A stretch of DNA of 64,000 nt from a virus. Lineage: Duplodnaviria; Caudoviricetes. This document shows, piece by piece, positions 46,904 to 56,765 of the stretch. Both the position numbers and the translations under genes were made by a program. The DNA lies in the IMG/VR virus record IMGVR_UViG_2974597119_000001, positions 30,006 to 94,005 of that record; one strand, 5' to 3'. Within the stretch, counting starts at the first letter, position 1. Every line of letters starts with the position of its first letter. The notes below the pieces were generated by a model. It was not told where the DNA came from. It ran no database searches and saw only the letters and a list, made by a program, of their open reading frames with translations.

Positions 46904-47368
46904 TCAGAACGGAATGTCGTCGTCCAGGTCCGCTTGCCGCTGCGCGGGCCGCTGTTGTTGCTGCGCTGCCGGGCGCTGTTGCTGCGCCGGACGCCCGCCC
47001 CCATTATTCCCATCACGACCCTCGCCGCCGTCGGACTTGCTGCCGAGCATCGTCATCTGGTTGCAGTGGACCTCGGTCGTGTAGCGCTCGATGCCCTCCT
47101 TGTCGGTCCACTTGCGCGTCTTGTTCTTCCCCTCGAGGTAGACCAGCGACCCCTTGCGCAGATACTCGCCGGCGACCTCGGCGACGCGACCGTACATGGT
47201 GATGCGGTGCCACTCGGTCGCTTCCTTCTTCTCGCCGCTGGCCTTGTCCTTCCAGGTCTCGGACGTGGCGAGGCTGAAATTGCAGACGGCATCGCCGCTC
47301 TGCATGTACTTGACCTCGGGATCGGCGCCCAGGCGACCGATCAACTGCACTTTGTTCAAAGACGACAT
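46904..47368 (-). CDS. ssb: Single-stranded DNA-binding protein
   Basis: [14 protein letters not shown]...DDDIPF. Confidence 0.97.
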   Translation of the reverse strand: MSSLNKVQLIGRLGADPEVKYMQSGDAVCNFSLATSETWKDKASGEKKEATEWHRITMYGRVAEVAGEYLRKGSLVYLEGKNKTRKWTDKEGIERYTTEVHCNQMTMLGSKSDGGEGRDGNNGGGRPAQQQRPAAQQQQRPAQRQADLDDDIPF

Positions 47369-47379
47369 GGTGAAAACCC

Positions 47380-49041
47380 TCAGATAAGCGCGGCTTGGCC
47401 GCTGGTGTTGGAGCCGGTCAGGCCCTGGCCGGTCGCGTGGGCGGACCGGTGTTCGTCAAACCGCTGGCGCAGCTCTTTCAGCGCCTTCGGCTTCTGTGAT
47501 TTGATGCCCATCATCGGGACGCCCAGGATTTCGAGCGCCGTCTGGCCGGTTTCCTGGCGCCACGCCTGCAGGTCGGAGATCAGGGCATTGATCAGCCCAT
47601 CTTTCTCGGCGCGCGCGCGCAGCAGGTTGTCGGCGCGGCCTTCGGAGAAGCCGAGCGCCATCAGCTCCTCTTTCGTCTGTGCCTTGCCCTGCTTGATCCT
47701 GGCGTCGCGCGCGATCTGCGCCTGCATCTCGGGCGTGATCTGGTGGAGCTCGCCGTCGACTTGCTCGAGCCCGCTGCGCCCGCCGGCCGGGTACAGATGG
47801 CCGCAGGCCGGGCATGTCGGCGCCGGCGGATGCACGATGTAACACTTCGGGCACTGCTTGAGCTCGATGGTGTCCTCGTCGGCATCCTTCTTGCCGCGCT
47901 TCTTCTTCTGGCGGCCGTCAAGCGTCCAAGCGCGCTCCTGGTCGGGCAGGCCGTGCTTGACCTTGAAAACGCCGTCGATCACGGCGCCGACGTTGCCGAC
48001 GTGATCCAGCAGCCAGCAGCCGCGCTTGTTCTCGGACGGCCGCATGATCCGGCCGACCTGCTGCAAGAACAGCGCCTCGGACGCCGTGGGCCGGAGCATG
48101 ATGCAGCATTCCAGGTCAGGCAGGTCGTAGCCCTCGCTCACGAGGTCGACCGTGCAGGCGCCGTGAATCTCGCCGCGCCGCAGCTTCTTGTTGATGGCCG
48201 TGCGCTGGCTGTCGGACATCTCCGGTTCGCCCACCAGCAGCTCGAACTTGTAGCCGGCGGCGTTGAACTCGTCCCGGACGTGCTTGGCGTGCTCGATGCT
48301 CGAGCAGAACACGATGGTTTTCGCGCCCGGGCAAATCTTGGTGTAGTGCTCGACGGCGGAACCGGTGATGCGCGGCTTGTCCACGCGCTCGGCCAGGGCT
48401 GCGCGGTTGTACTCGCCGTCCTTGTCCTTCTTGAGCCCGGACAGGTCGGGCATGTCGAGGCTGGTGTAGACGACCGGGTTCACCAGCATGCCCCACGCGA
48501 TCAGCTCGGACACGAGCGGGCCCAGCACCATCGACTTGAACACGCCGCCGGCATGCTCGCCGAGGCCCTTGCCGTCGGTGCGCACCGGCGTCGCCGTGAC
48601 GCCGAGCATGAGCGGCCGGCCCAGTTGCTCCCAGGCGCGCCCCCATTTGTTGCCCGCGACGACGTGGTGCGCCTCGTCGAAGATCGCGATGTCGAACTTG
48701 TACTTGTCGGGTTGCTTCTTGAGCCGGATCAGCAGCGTATCGACGCTGGCGACCTGGATGCGCGCGTGCGGGTTCGGCGTGAAGTGCGGGCTGATCATCC
48801 CGTGCTCGATGCCGAGCGCGCGCAGCGAGGCCGACGCCTGCAGCAGCAGCTCCTTGCGGTGCACGATGATGATGATGCGGCGGCCCTTCTCGGCGCCGCT
48901 GGCGGCGATGTAGCTGAACGTGAACGTCTTGCCGCCGCCGGTCGGTAGCACGAACAGCACTGGGGCGTGGCGCTCCCGGAATTGCTGGCGGATCTCTTGA
49001 ACCGCCTTCTCCTGGTAATCCCGAAGTGTAATTGCAGGCAT
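47380..49041 (-). CDS. SF2 helicase with Zn finger
   Basis: LRDYQ, PTGGGKT, DEAHH, TAT, QQVGR, CPKC/CPAC. Confidence 0.93.
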   Translation of the reverse strand: MPAITLRDYQEKAVQEIRQQFRERHAPVLFVLPTGGGKTFTFSYIAASGAEKGRRIIIIVHRKELLLQASASLRALGIEHGMISPHFTPNPHARIQVASVDTLLIRLKKQPDKYKFDIAIFDEAHHVVAGNKWGRAWEQLGRPLMLGVTATPVRTDGKGLGEHAGGVFKSMVLGPLVSELIAWGMLVNPVVYTSLDMPDLSGLKKDKDGEYNRAALAERVDKPRITGSAVEHYTKICPGAKTIVFCSSIEHAKHVRDEFNAAGYKFELLVGEPEMSDSQRTAINKKLRRGEIHGACTVDLVSEGYDLPDLECCIMLRPTASEALFLQQVGRIMRPSENKRGCWLLDHVGNVGAVIDGVFKVKHGLPDQERAWTLDGRQKKKRGKKDADEDTIELKQCPKCYIVHPPAPTCPACGHLYPAGGRSGLEQVDGELHQITPEMQAQIARDARIKQGKAQTKEELMALGFSEGRADNLLRARAEKDGLINALISDLQAWRQETGQTALEILGVPMMGIKSQKPKALKELRQRFDEHRSAHATGQGLTGSNTSGQAALI

Positions 49042-49096
49042 GAATGGTCTCAGGCGCGGCGGTAGCGATGGGTCCGCGCCCAGCAGTGAGGGGTTG

Positions 49097-49330
49097 TCAG
49101 AGGGAGTCGAACACCTTGCGCACCGGCGCCGAGTTGAACGCGCGCCGCACGCAGTACGAGCGGACGACCGAGATCACCGTGAAGATCACGCCGATGCCGA
49201 TGGCCTGCGGCAGCGTCACGGGGAAGCCGAACAGCGGCAGCACCAGCAGGTTCGCCGTGAGGTTGATGCCCCAGCCGATTGCGGTGTTCGCCAGGGCCTC
49301 GACGAGCGAGCCTTTCCGGGATTGCGCCAT
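49097..49330 (-). CDS. Small two-TM phage membrane protein
   Basis: MAQSRKGSLVEALAN...SYCVRRAFN. Confidence 0.7.
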   Translation of the reverse strand: MAQSRKGSLVEALANTAIGWGINLTANLLVLPLFGFPVTLPQAIGIGVIFTVISVVRSYCVRRAFNSAPVRKVFDSL

Positions 49331-49575
49331 TACGACCCCTCGCCAGGGATCGCCGATGCAGCGGCATGCTCCGCTTCCCAGCGCTCTACCACGCGTTGCA
49401 TTTCCGCAACGATGGCGACGGTTTTCGGCAACTGCCGCTTCCATCGATTGGGCGTCGCGCGAGAAACCTTCGTCTCGTTGCAGAGCTGGGTGAAGTTGCG
49501 GCCGATGGCGTGCAGCCGACGCTCCATGTCGTCGAGTTCATCGGTAAATTGCTGATTGAAGGGCTTTTTAGCCAT
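49330..49575 (-). CDS. Cro-like HTH protein
   Basis: FTQLCNETKVSRATPNRWK; first gene of the leftward replication operon. Confidence 0.55.
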   Translation of the reverse strand: MAKKPFNQQFTDELDDMERRLHAIGRNFTQLCNETKVSRATPNRWKRQLPKTVAIVAEMQRVVERWEAEHAAASAIPGEGS

Positions 49576-49767
49576 CTCGTCTCTGATCGGTTGAGTTTGC
49601 AAATTGTACTGGAATTGAATCATCACGACTCGAATGTGAGGGATGAACCTGCGTGATGTTCGGTGACGAGTGACGTATTCGCGCGACAAACGTGGTTGCA
49701 TTAGTTGTCGGCGTTTCAAATTTGATCGACACTACGCTCTCACGAACATTTTTGATTAGGAGAGCGC

Positions 49768-50778
49768 ATGGAACTGGTCGACGATCATCCGACCGGCCTG
49801 CTCGAAATGACCAACGCCGAGTATCACGGCGCGCCGGGCATCTCGAAAAGCAAGCTCGACGCCGTGGCGGTCAGCGAGCTCAACTACTGGGACCAGTACG
49901 TCAATCCGAACCGCGAGTCCGAGGACGAGAAGCATTGCTTCATCGTCGGCGACGGCACGCACAAGCTGGTGCTGGAGCCCGGCACGTTCGAGCAGACCTA
50001 CGCCGTCGGCTTCGACAAGACCGAGCACGCCGGCGCGCTGGACACGGTTGCCGATCTCAAAAAGGCGCTCGGCGACCTGGGCGAGATGGTCAGCGGCTCA
50101 AAGCCGGAGCTGATCGAGCGCCTGCGCGTCGCCAACCCGAAAGCCCGCATCATGGCGGTGCTGGAGGCCGAGCATAATCGGCGCATCGCCGGCCGCACGC
50201 CGATCCCGGCGCGGGACTACAAGAACATGCTGTCGATGCTGGCGGCCGTGGAGAACGACCCCGTGGCGGGCCCGCTGCTCAAGGGCGCCAGGACGGAGCA
50301 ATCGTTTTTCGTCTACGAGGACATAGAGGTCATCGACCCGGAAACCGGCGAGGTGATCCCCGTCCAGGTGCTGAAAAAGTGCCGCACCGATGCGATCACA
50401 GCCAATGGCCTGCTGGTCGCCGACCTGAAAACCACCGACGACGTGAGCGAGGAAGGCTTCGGCGCCACCATCGCGCGGCGCCGCTACCACGTCCAGGCGG
50501 CGTGGTACCTCGACATCCTGCGCAAGCTCTACGGCAGGGATGCACCGCAATACTGGGCCATTGTCGCCGCGCAAAAGACCCGGCCGTTCGACGTGGCGGT
50601 CCACTACCTGACCGACGACGAGATCGAGGCCGGCCGGCGGATTTACCAGCAGGATCTCGCCCGCCTCATCCTGGCCGAGCAGCGCGACTACTGGCCCGGC
50701 GTCGCACGCGGCAAGCCCATCAAGGCGAGCCTCCCCCGGTGGGAGACGCGCCGTTTCCCTGACCTTTTTGGCCTCTGA
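49768..50778 (+). CDS. RecE/ExoVIII-like PD-(D/E)XK exonuclease
   Basis: YH...ISKS, KCRTD, DLKTT, YHVQAAWY. Confidence 0.9.
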   Translation: MELVDDHPTGLLEMTNAEYHGAPGISKSKLDAVAVSELNYWDQYVNPNRESEDEKHCFIVGDGTHKLVLEPGTFEQTYAVGFDKTEHAGALDTVADLKKALGDLGEMVSGSKPELIERLRVANPKARIMAVLEAEHNRRIAGRTPIPARDYKNMLSMLAAVENDPVAGPLLKGARTEQSFFVYEDIEVIDPETGEVIPVQVLKKCRTDAITANGLLVADLKTTDDVSEEGFGATIARRRYHVQAAWYLDILRKLYGRDAPQYWAIVAAQKTRPFDVAVHYLTDDEIEAGRRIYQQDLARLILAEQRDYWPGVARGKPIKASLPRWETRRFPDLFGL

Positions 50779-50783
50779 CCATC

Positions 50784-52106
50784 ATGCACATCGCAAAAAT
50801 CAAGTTCAGCAACATCCTCGGCATCGCCGAGATGGAATTGTCGCCCAAGGGCTTCACCGAGATCAGCGGGCCCAACGGTTCCGGCAAAACCAGCATCCTT
50901 GAGGCTATCAAGGCGGTGCTCGAGACCGGCCACGACGCGACGCTGCTGCGCAAAGGCGCCGAGAAGGGCGAAGCCGTGCTCGTGCTCGACGACGGCACCG
51001 AGCTCAGCAAGACCGTGACGCCGACCGGCAGCACGTCGGCGGTGCGCCGCGACGGCAAGAAGGTGCCGCGCCCGGCCGAGGTGATCAAGCAGCTCACCGA
51101 CATGATCAGCGTCAACCCGGTCGACTTCCTGCGTGCGCCGAAGAAGGACCGCGTGCGCGTTCTGCTGGAGGCCATGCCGCTGGAAGCCGACGCCGAGAAG
51201 CTGGCCGAGATCGCCGGCGTCAAGGTGACGGCCGCGCCCGGCACGCACGCCCTGCAGGTGATCCAGCAGGTCCACACCGAGGTCTACGACGCGCGCACCG
51301 GGACCAACCGCGCCGTCAAGGAAAAGAAGGCGACGATCACCCAGCTCGAGCAGGCCGTGCCGCCCGTGCCGGCGGGCGCCGACGGCGACGAGGCGGAGCT
51401 GGACGCCGCGCTGCAGGAGATCGACGCCGCGCGCGATGCGGAGCTGGGCCGCATTTCGACCAAGCTGGACGGCATCCGCGCGGACACGCGCACGAAGATC
51501 GACGCCATCCGGACCAAGCTGCAGGCCGACATGGACGCGCTCAAGGCGGCGGCCCAGGCGGAGGTCGACGCGATCAACGCCGAGCTCGCCAAGCGCGAGA
51601 CCCAGGCGGCCGCCGCGCGCGAGCGCAACGTCACGACGTTCGCCGCCCAGCGCGAGCCCATCGCCGCGCAGCTCGGAACGCTGCGCCAGAACCGCGACCT
51701 GCACGCACGCCGCGCGCAGACGCTCGAGACCATCGGCGTGATGGAAACCGAGCTCGAGGAGTTGGAGACCCAGGCCGAGCGCCAGACGCAGGCCCTGGCC
51801 GCCATCGAGCAGTACAAGTCCGACCTGCTGAACAGCCTGCCGATCCCGGGCCTCGAGGTGCGCGACGGCGAAATCTATCGCGACGACGTGCAATTCGACC
51901 GGCTCAACACCGCGCAGCAGGTCGACGTGGCGGTCGAGATCGCGAAGCTGCGCGCCGGCGACCTGGGCGTCATCTGCGTCGACGGACTCGAGTCCCTGGA
52001 CACCGAATCGCTCGACGCCTTCCGCGACCGCGCGCTGGAAAGTGGACTCCAGCTTTTCGTGACTCGAGTCTCTGACGACGACTTTTCTATCAGCACCGAC
52101 GACTGA
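50784..52106 (+). CDS. SMC/Rad50-like ATPase
   Basis: GPNGSGKTS, coiled coil, ICVDGLESLD. Confidence 0.85.
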   Translation: MHIAKIKFSNILGIAEMELSPKGFTEISGPNGSGKTSILEAIKAVLETGHDATLLRKGAEKGEAVLVLDDGTELSKTVTPTGSTSAVRRDGKKVPRPAEVIKQLTDMISVNPVDFLRAPKKDRVRVLLEAMPLEADAEKLAEIAGVKVTAAPGTHALQVIQQVHTEVYDARTGTNRAVKEKKATITQLEQAVPPVPAGADGDEAELDAALQEIDAARDAELGRISTKLDGIRADTRTKIDAIRTKLQADMDALKAAAQAEVDAINAELAKRETQAAAARERNVTTFAAQREPIAAQLGTLRQNRDLHARRAQTLETIGVMETELEELETQAERQTQALAAIEQYKSDLLNSLPIPGLEVRDGEIYRDDVQFDRLNTAQQVDVAVEIAKLRAGDLGVICVDGLESLDTESLDAFRDRALESGLQLFVTRVSDDDFSISTDD

Positions 52107-52175
52107 ATAGCGTCAATCAATCATCGCAACAGAACGCATCAAATAAAATGATGCACCCCTTTCAAGGAGAACGAG

Positions 52176-52739
52176 GTGAAACCCTTTTTTCAGGTGAAAT
52201 TCAAAGACGGCAGCATGTTCGAGGTGCCGACGATCATCGTCGCGCAGGACCGCGCCAACTACTACCACCAGCGCGACAAGGAAGAATTCCCGACCCTCGA
52301 CGACGCGCTCAAGGACACGGCCGAGCTGTTCGCGGCCGACACCTACGAGATCGAGGACTGGGCCAAGAACAACATGAACTGGGACGAGCTCGCGCCGCAC
52401 GCGCGGCTCGTCGGATACGAGCCCGCCGAGCGTGACTGGATGGACTGCGAGCTGTCTTTCCACGATCAGCGCACCGGGATCGAGCCGTTCAAGGAAGGCG
52501 AATCCCTGCTGGATGTGCCGCTCGAGCTCGCGATGAGCCGCGTGTTCGCCCAGCGCCACGTCTGCAGCGTCACCGCTTTCAACGGCCCGAACGGCGCGGC
52601 CGTCGGCGCGATGGCCTTCATCCAGGGCACGCCCGACGTGGTGCAACACTTTCTCGGCGGCCTGACCGCCTTGAACAACGCGCTGTTTGCCCAGCCGGCC
52701 CCTGACGCCGGCGAAGGCAGCGAAGAAGTCACCCACTAA
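52176..52739 (+). CDS. Hypothetical protein
   Basis: AAGGAG RBS. Confidence 0.65.
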   Translation: MKPFFQVKFKDGSMFEVPTIIVAQDRANYYHQRDKEEFPTLDDALKDTAELFAADTYEIEDWAKNNMNWDELAPHARLVGYEPAERDWMDCELSFHDQRTGIEPFKEGESLLDVPLELAMSRVFAQRHVCSVTAFNGPNGAAVGAMAFIQGTPDVVQHFLGGLTALNNALFAQPAPDAGEGSEEVTH

Positions 52740-52750
52740 CCGGAGCCACA

Positions 52751-53872
52751 ATGAGCAACGATATGGTCCCCCACCAGGGCGGCGCCCTGGTCCCGGCTGA
52801 CAATCCCGTCAGCCGTACCCTGGCCGTCGGCCATGCGCCCGGCATGAACCTCGGCGCTGTCGCCATCGAATCCGAGCGCGCGATTGCCGAGGCCCAGGGC
52901 AAGATGACCCTGGCGAAGCGCTTCCCGCGCAGCATGACCGCCGCGACCACCGAATTCATGGACGCCTGCAAGAGTCCGGAATTCGCAGCCACTGCGTTCT
53001 ACAGCGTGCCCAACCGTGGCAGCGGGCCCAGCATCCGCTTCGCCGAGGAGGCCGCGCGCTGCTACGGCAACTTCATCTACGGCCACCGCGAGCTGGGCCG
53101 TACCCCGCCCGGCCCGGGCCCGAAGGACTACGGCGCGAGCGAGATCGAAGTCTACGCGTGGGACGTGGAGCGCAACAACCACTCGACGCGCCAGATCACC
53201 GTCATGCACTGCCTCGACACGAAGAACGGCCCGAGGAAGCTCACCGATCAGGCCGACATCGACAATCGCATCGCCAACGTCGCGTCCAAGCAGATGCGCG
53301 GCCGCATCCTGGCCCTGATGCCGAAGGGCATGATCGCGGCGGGCATCGAGGAGTGCAAACGCACTCTGGCCGGCGACAACGAAAAGCCGCTGAGCGACCG
53401 ACTGATCAATATGGCCGCCGCCTTCGGCCGCTTCGGCGTGACCGACGCGCACCTGACCGCGTACCTGGGCCACCCGGTCGACAGCACCACGCTCGATGAG
53501 CTCGGCGACCTGATGGGCATCTACAACGCCATCCGCGACGGCGCCAAGACCAGCGATTATTTCCAGCTCGGCGACGCGCCCGATGACGGCAAGCAGCCCG
53601 CCCCGGCCGCCGCCGCGATCACGCAGCAGGTCCAGCAGTCCAACGAGCAGCAGAAACCGGCGGCGACGCGCACGACTCGCAGTCGTTCGTCGACGAACGG
53701 CAAGCCGGCTGAATCGGACGCACAGCAGAAGAAAGATTCGCAGAGCGAATCTCCCCATAAACAAGAAGCGCAGCCGACGGATACCCCACCACCACCGGCG
53801 GGTGCGCAACCGTCGTCCACGGGAGCGTCCCCCACCCCCTCCACCCCTCCCGTGGACGACGACCCGTTTTAA
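52751..53872 (+). CDS. Putative single-strand annealing/recombination protein
   Basis: Located in the RecE operon; AKRFPR motif; SSB-like DDDPF tail. Confidence 0.55.
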   Translation: MSNDMVPHQGGALVPADNPVSRTLAVGHAPGMNLGAVAIESERAIAEAQGKMTLAKRFPRSMTAATTEFMDACKSPEFAATAFYSVPNRGSGPSIRFAEEAARCYGNFIYGHRELGRTPPGPGPKDYGASEIEVYAWDVERNNHSTRQITVMHCLDTKNGPRKLTDQADIDNRIANVASKQMRGRILALMPKGMIAAGIEECKRTLAGDNEKPLSDRLINMAAAFGRFGVTDAHLTAYLGHPVDSTTLDELGDLMGIYNAIRDGAKTSDYFQLGDAPDDGKQPAPAAAAITQQVQQSNEQQKPAATRTTRSRSSTNGKPAESDAQQKKDSQSESPHKQEAQPTDTPPPPAGAQPSSTGASPTPSTPPVDDDPF

Positions 53873-53915
53873 CGAGCGACCGCCAGCGCAAGGCGGAGAA
53901 AGGTAACGGTATGGC

Positions 53916-54119
53916 GTGTCCAGGAAGTATTTCACGCCGGCAGAGGTGTCCGACCGATTCGGAGGCAGGATCTCCGTTCGGACCCTCGCCAACTGGCGGT
54001 ATCTCGGCACGGGCCCGAAGTTCAGTCGCCTCGGCGGGCGCATCCTCTACCCGGTAGAGGCCCTGGACGAGTGGGAGCGAACCAGAACGGTCGAGAGCAC
54101 CAGCGAATACCGGAGATGA
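53916..54119 (+). CDS. Excisionase-like HTH protein
   Basis: ISVRTLANWRYLGTGPKF..LGGRILY. Confidence 0.8.
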   Translation: MSRKYFTPAEVSDRFGGRISVRTLANWRYLGTGPKFSRLGGRILYPVEALDEWERTRTVESTSEYRR

Positions 54120-54167
54120 AGCAGCGGCGGGGCCAAAAACCCCGCCGCTTCGATTCAAGGAAGAATT

Positions 54168-54923
54168 TTGAACACAGCAAAGATCAAAGCCGCCCTGCGC
54201 GCCCGCTTCTGCGCGCCGGAATGGGCGATCATGTTCGAGGTCGGCGACGGCACGGGCACGAACCAGCGCCGCTGGGCCGACGCCGTGGCGATGAACCTCT
54301 GGCCGTCTCGCGGGCTCGAGATCCACGGTTTCGAGATCAAGGCCAGCCGCAGCGACTGGCTGCGCGAGCTCAAGAACCCGGCCAAGGCCGAATCGGTCCA
54401 GCGCTATTGCGACCGCTGGTGGATCGTGGCGCCGCCCGGCGTGGTGAAGGACGGCGAGCTCCCGCCGACATGGGGCCTGTACGAGGCCAAGGACGGGAAG
54501 CTCCGGCAGGCCGTCGCGGCGCCCCAGCTCGCCCCGCAGCCGGTCGACCGGAGTTTTATCGCCGCCATGCTGCGCCGCGCGGGCGCCGTCGACGCCGACG
54601 AGGTGCGTGCGGCCGTGGACGCCGAGGTCGCGGCCGCGCGTGCGGGTGACGAGAAGAGGATCGAGCAGGAAATCGAGAGCCGGACGCGGCGCCATGCTGA
54701 TCTGGCGAAGGCCGTCCAGGAGATCGAGAGCATCAGCGGCGTGAAGATCAGCGCCTGGGGCGACAGCAAAGAAATCGGCCGCGCCGTGAAACTGGTGCTC
54801 GATTCCGGCGCGCTGCAGACCTACGGAGGCATCCACGGCATGCGGAACCAGATCGCGGCCACGCTTAAGGATTTCGACAAGGCCCTGGGCGCGTTCCCGC
54901 CCCCGGCCGAGGACGCAGCATGA
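54168..54923 (+). CDS. MmcB-like PD-(D/E)XK nuclease
   Basis: RWADAV...GFEIKASRSDWLREL. Confidence 0.75.
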   Translation: MNTAKIKAALRARFCAPEWAIMFEVGDGTGTNQRRWADAVAMNLWPSRGLEIHGFEIKASRSDWLRELKNPAKAESVQRYCDRWWIVAPPGVVKDGELPPTWGLYEAKDGKLRQAVAAPQLAPQPVDRSFIAAMLRRAGAVDADEVRAAVDAEVAAARAGDEKRIEQEIESRTRRHADLAKAVQEIESISGVKISAWGDSKEIGRAVKLVLDSGALQTYGGIHGMRNQIAATLKDFDKALGAFPPPAEDAA

Positions 54924-55249
54924 TTTACGTCGACGACATGCGCGCCCGGTACGGCCGGATGGTCATGTGCCACATGCTGGCCGACACCGACGAGGAGCTG
55001 CACGCGATGGCGGCCCGGATCGGCGTGGCGCGCCGCTGGTGGCAGGCGCCGCCGCGCCACGACAGCCACTACGACATCGCGCTCAGCAAGCGCGCCCTGG
55101 CAGTAGCCGCCGGCGCCGTCGAGATCACCTGGAGGCAGGCCGGCGCCATGAACTACCGGCGCCGCGTGCTGGGCGTCCTGGGGGCGCCGGAGGATGCCGT
55201 GCAGTGGATGCTCGACCACCGGGCCGCGCGCCGCGCCCAGGCCGCATGA
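54920..55249 (+). CDS. DUF4031-like protein
   Basis: MIYVDD...CHMLADT.EELH...HYDI. Confidence 0.8.
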   Translation: MIYVDDMRARYGRMVMCHMLADTDEELHAMAARIGVARRWWQAPPRHDSHYDIALSKRALAVAAGAVEITWRQAGAMNYRRRVLGVLGAPEDAVQWMLDHRAARRAQAA

Positions 55250-55307
55250 CGCCGAGCAATCGTGACAACAAACCAAGTGCGGAACCAACCGCACCTCAAG
55301 GAAACTT

Positions 55308-56405
55308 ATGGAATGGTCAGGACAGCAGGCCGCCGCGCTCAAGAAGGTCAGCGCGTGGCTGCGTGACAAGAAGGGCAAGCAGGTATTCCGCCTATTCGGC
55401 TACGCCGGCACCGGCAAGACGACCCTCGCTATGGAGCTGGCGGCCGCCGCACGGGGGCTCGTCGTGTTCGCCGCCTTCACGGGCAAGGCCGCTCTGGTCC
55501 TGCGTTCCAAGGGTTGCGAGAACGCCAGCACGATCCACAGCCTGATCTACCGGCTGGTCGACGACGGCGAGGGCGAGCCGCGTTTCGTCCTGAACCGCGA
55601 CAGCTTGGCGAGCGTGGCGTCCCTGATCGTCATCGACGAGGTGTCGATGGTCGATGAGGAGCTGGGCCGCGACCTGCTCAGCTACGGCACGAAGGTGCTG
55701 GTGCTGGGCGACCCGGCCCAGTTGCCGCCGGTGCGCGGGACTGGCTTCTTCACGGCGGTCGAGCCGGACATCATGCTCACCGAGATCCACCGGCAGGCGC
55801 GCGACAACCCCATCATCCACCTGTCAATGCAGGCCCGCGAGGGGCTGCGTCTGGCGCCGGGCGCCTACGGCGAGAGCCGGGTGATCACCAGGGCCCAGCT
55901 CGAGCGCCAGGACGTGCTGGAGGCGGATCAGGTACTGGTGGGCATGAACAAGACCCGGCGCGCCTACAACGCGCGCCTGCGCCAATTGAAGGGGCTGGAG
56001 GGCCTGCTGCCGCTGGCCGGCGACCGGATGGTGTGCCTGCGCAACAACAAGGACAAGGGCCTGCTGAACGGCGGCATCTGGACGGCGCCCAGGCCGAGCC
56101 GAGAGAGCGCCGGCATCGTGACGATGGAGGTCGAATCCCTCGACGACCCGAGCATCACCAGCCCGGTCGAGGTCGAGGTGCCGCTGGAGTTCTTCCGAGG
56201 CACCGAGGCAGACCTGGACTGGCGCAAGCGCCGGAACCACGACGAGTTCGACTACGGCTACGCACTGACCGTGCACAAGGCGCAGGGCTCAGGCTGGGAC
56301 GAGGTGATGCTGTTCGACGAAAGCGGCTCGTTCCGCGAGAACCGGCGCCAGTGGCTCTACACGGGCGTCACCCGCGCGGCCGAGCGCATCACAGTTGTGA
56401 TCTAG
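55308..56405 (+). CDS. RecD/Dda-like SF1 helicase
   Basis: GYAGTGKTT, IDEVSM, GDPAQL, TVHKAQGS, YTGVTRA. Confidence 0.92.
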   Translation: MEWSGQQAAALKKVSAWLRDKKGKQVFRLFGYAGTGKTTLAMELAAAARGLVVFAAFTGKAALVLRSKGCENASTIHSLIYRLVDDGEGEPRFVLNRDSLASVASLIVIDEVSMVDEELGRDLLSYGTKVLVLGDPAQLPPVRGTGFFTAVEPDIMLTEIHRQARDNPIIHLSMQAREGLRLAPGAYGESRVITRAQLERQDVLEADQVLVGMNKTRRAYNARLRQLKGLEGLLPLAGDRMVCLRNNKDKGLLNGGIWTAPRPSRESAGIVTMEVESLDDPSITSPVEVEVPLEFFRGTEADLDWRKRRNHDEFDYGYALTVHKAQGSGWDEVMLFDESGSFRENRRQWLYTGVTRAAERITVVI

Positions 56406-56421
56406 GCACACACACCGAGCC

Positions 56422-56714
56422 TGTGCCCTACCTGCGCCCTAACTCAAAATCCCGGGCGCAGTGGCCCGCTTGACTAAAGCGGGCCACCCGTGCAAATCGT
56501 TGATTTAGCAGTGATTTTTAGAGGGGCGATTGGGGCGGCCGACCGGACTTGAACCGGCGACATCCAGAATCACAATCCATTCTCAGGGTTTACCCGAATA
56601 TCACGGATGATCATTTTTGGTCATCATAACAACGGGTTAACTCAAGGATGGGCGCCTCGGCAAACCCTAAAATTCACGCCGCATCCCGGGCTTTTGCGCC
56701 CTGGATGTGCCCTA
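56422..56714 (-). repeat. Paired arm-type-like repeats flanking the attP core (56422-56441, 56695-56714)
   Basis: TAGGGCGC-N3-TAGGGCAC and TAGGGCAC-N3-CAGGGCGC. Confidence 0.65.
56531..56578 (-). other. attP core = 3' half of tRNA-His(GTG)
   Basis: Minus strand GGATTGTGATTCTGG...GGTTCAAGTCC...GCCCCA; no 5' half; upstream of the integrase. Confidence 0.85.
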
Positions 56715-56765
56715 GGCGTCGCCGATCAGCCGGCGGTGCTGAGTGAAAGAGTATCAGAGGAAAGC

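Noticed and set aside
56531-56580. Functional tRNA-His gene
   Set aside because: Only the anticodon-to-CCA half is present
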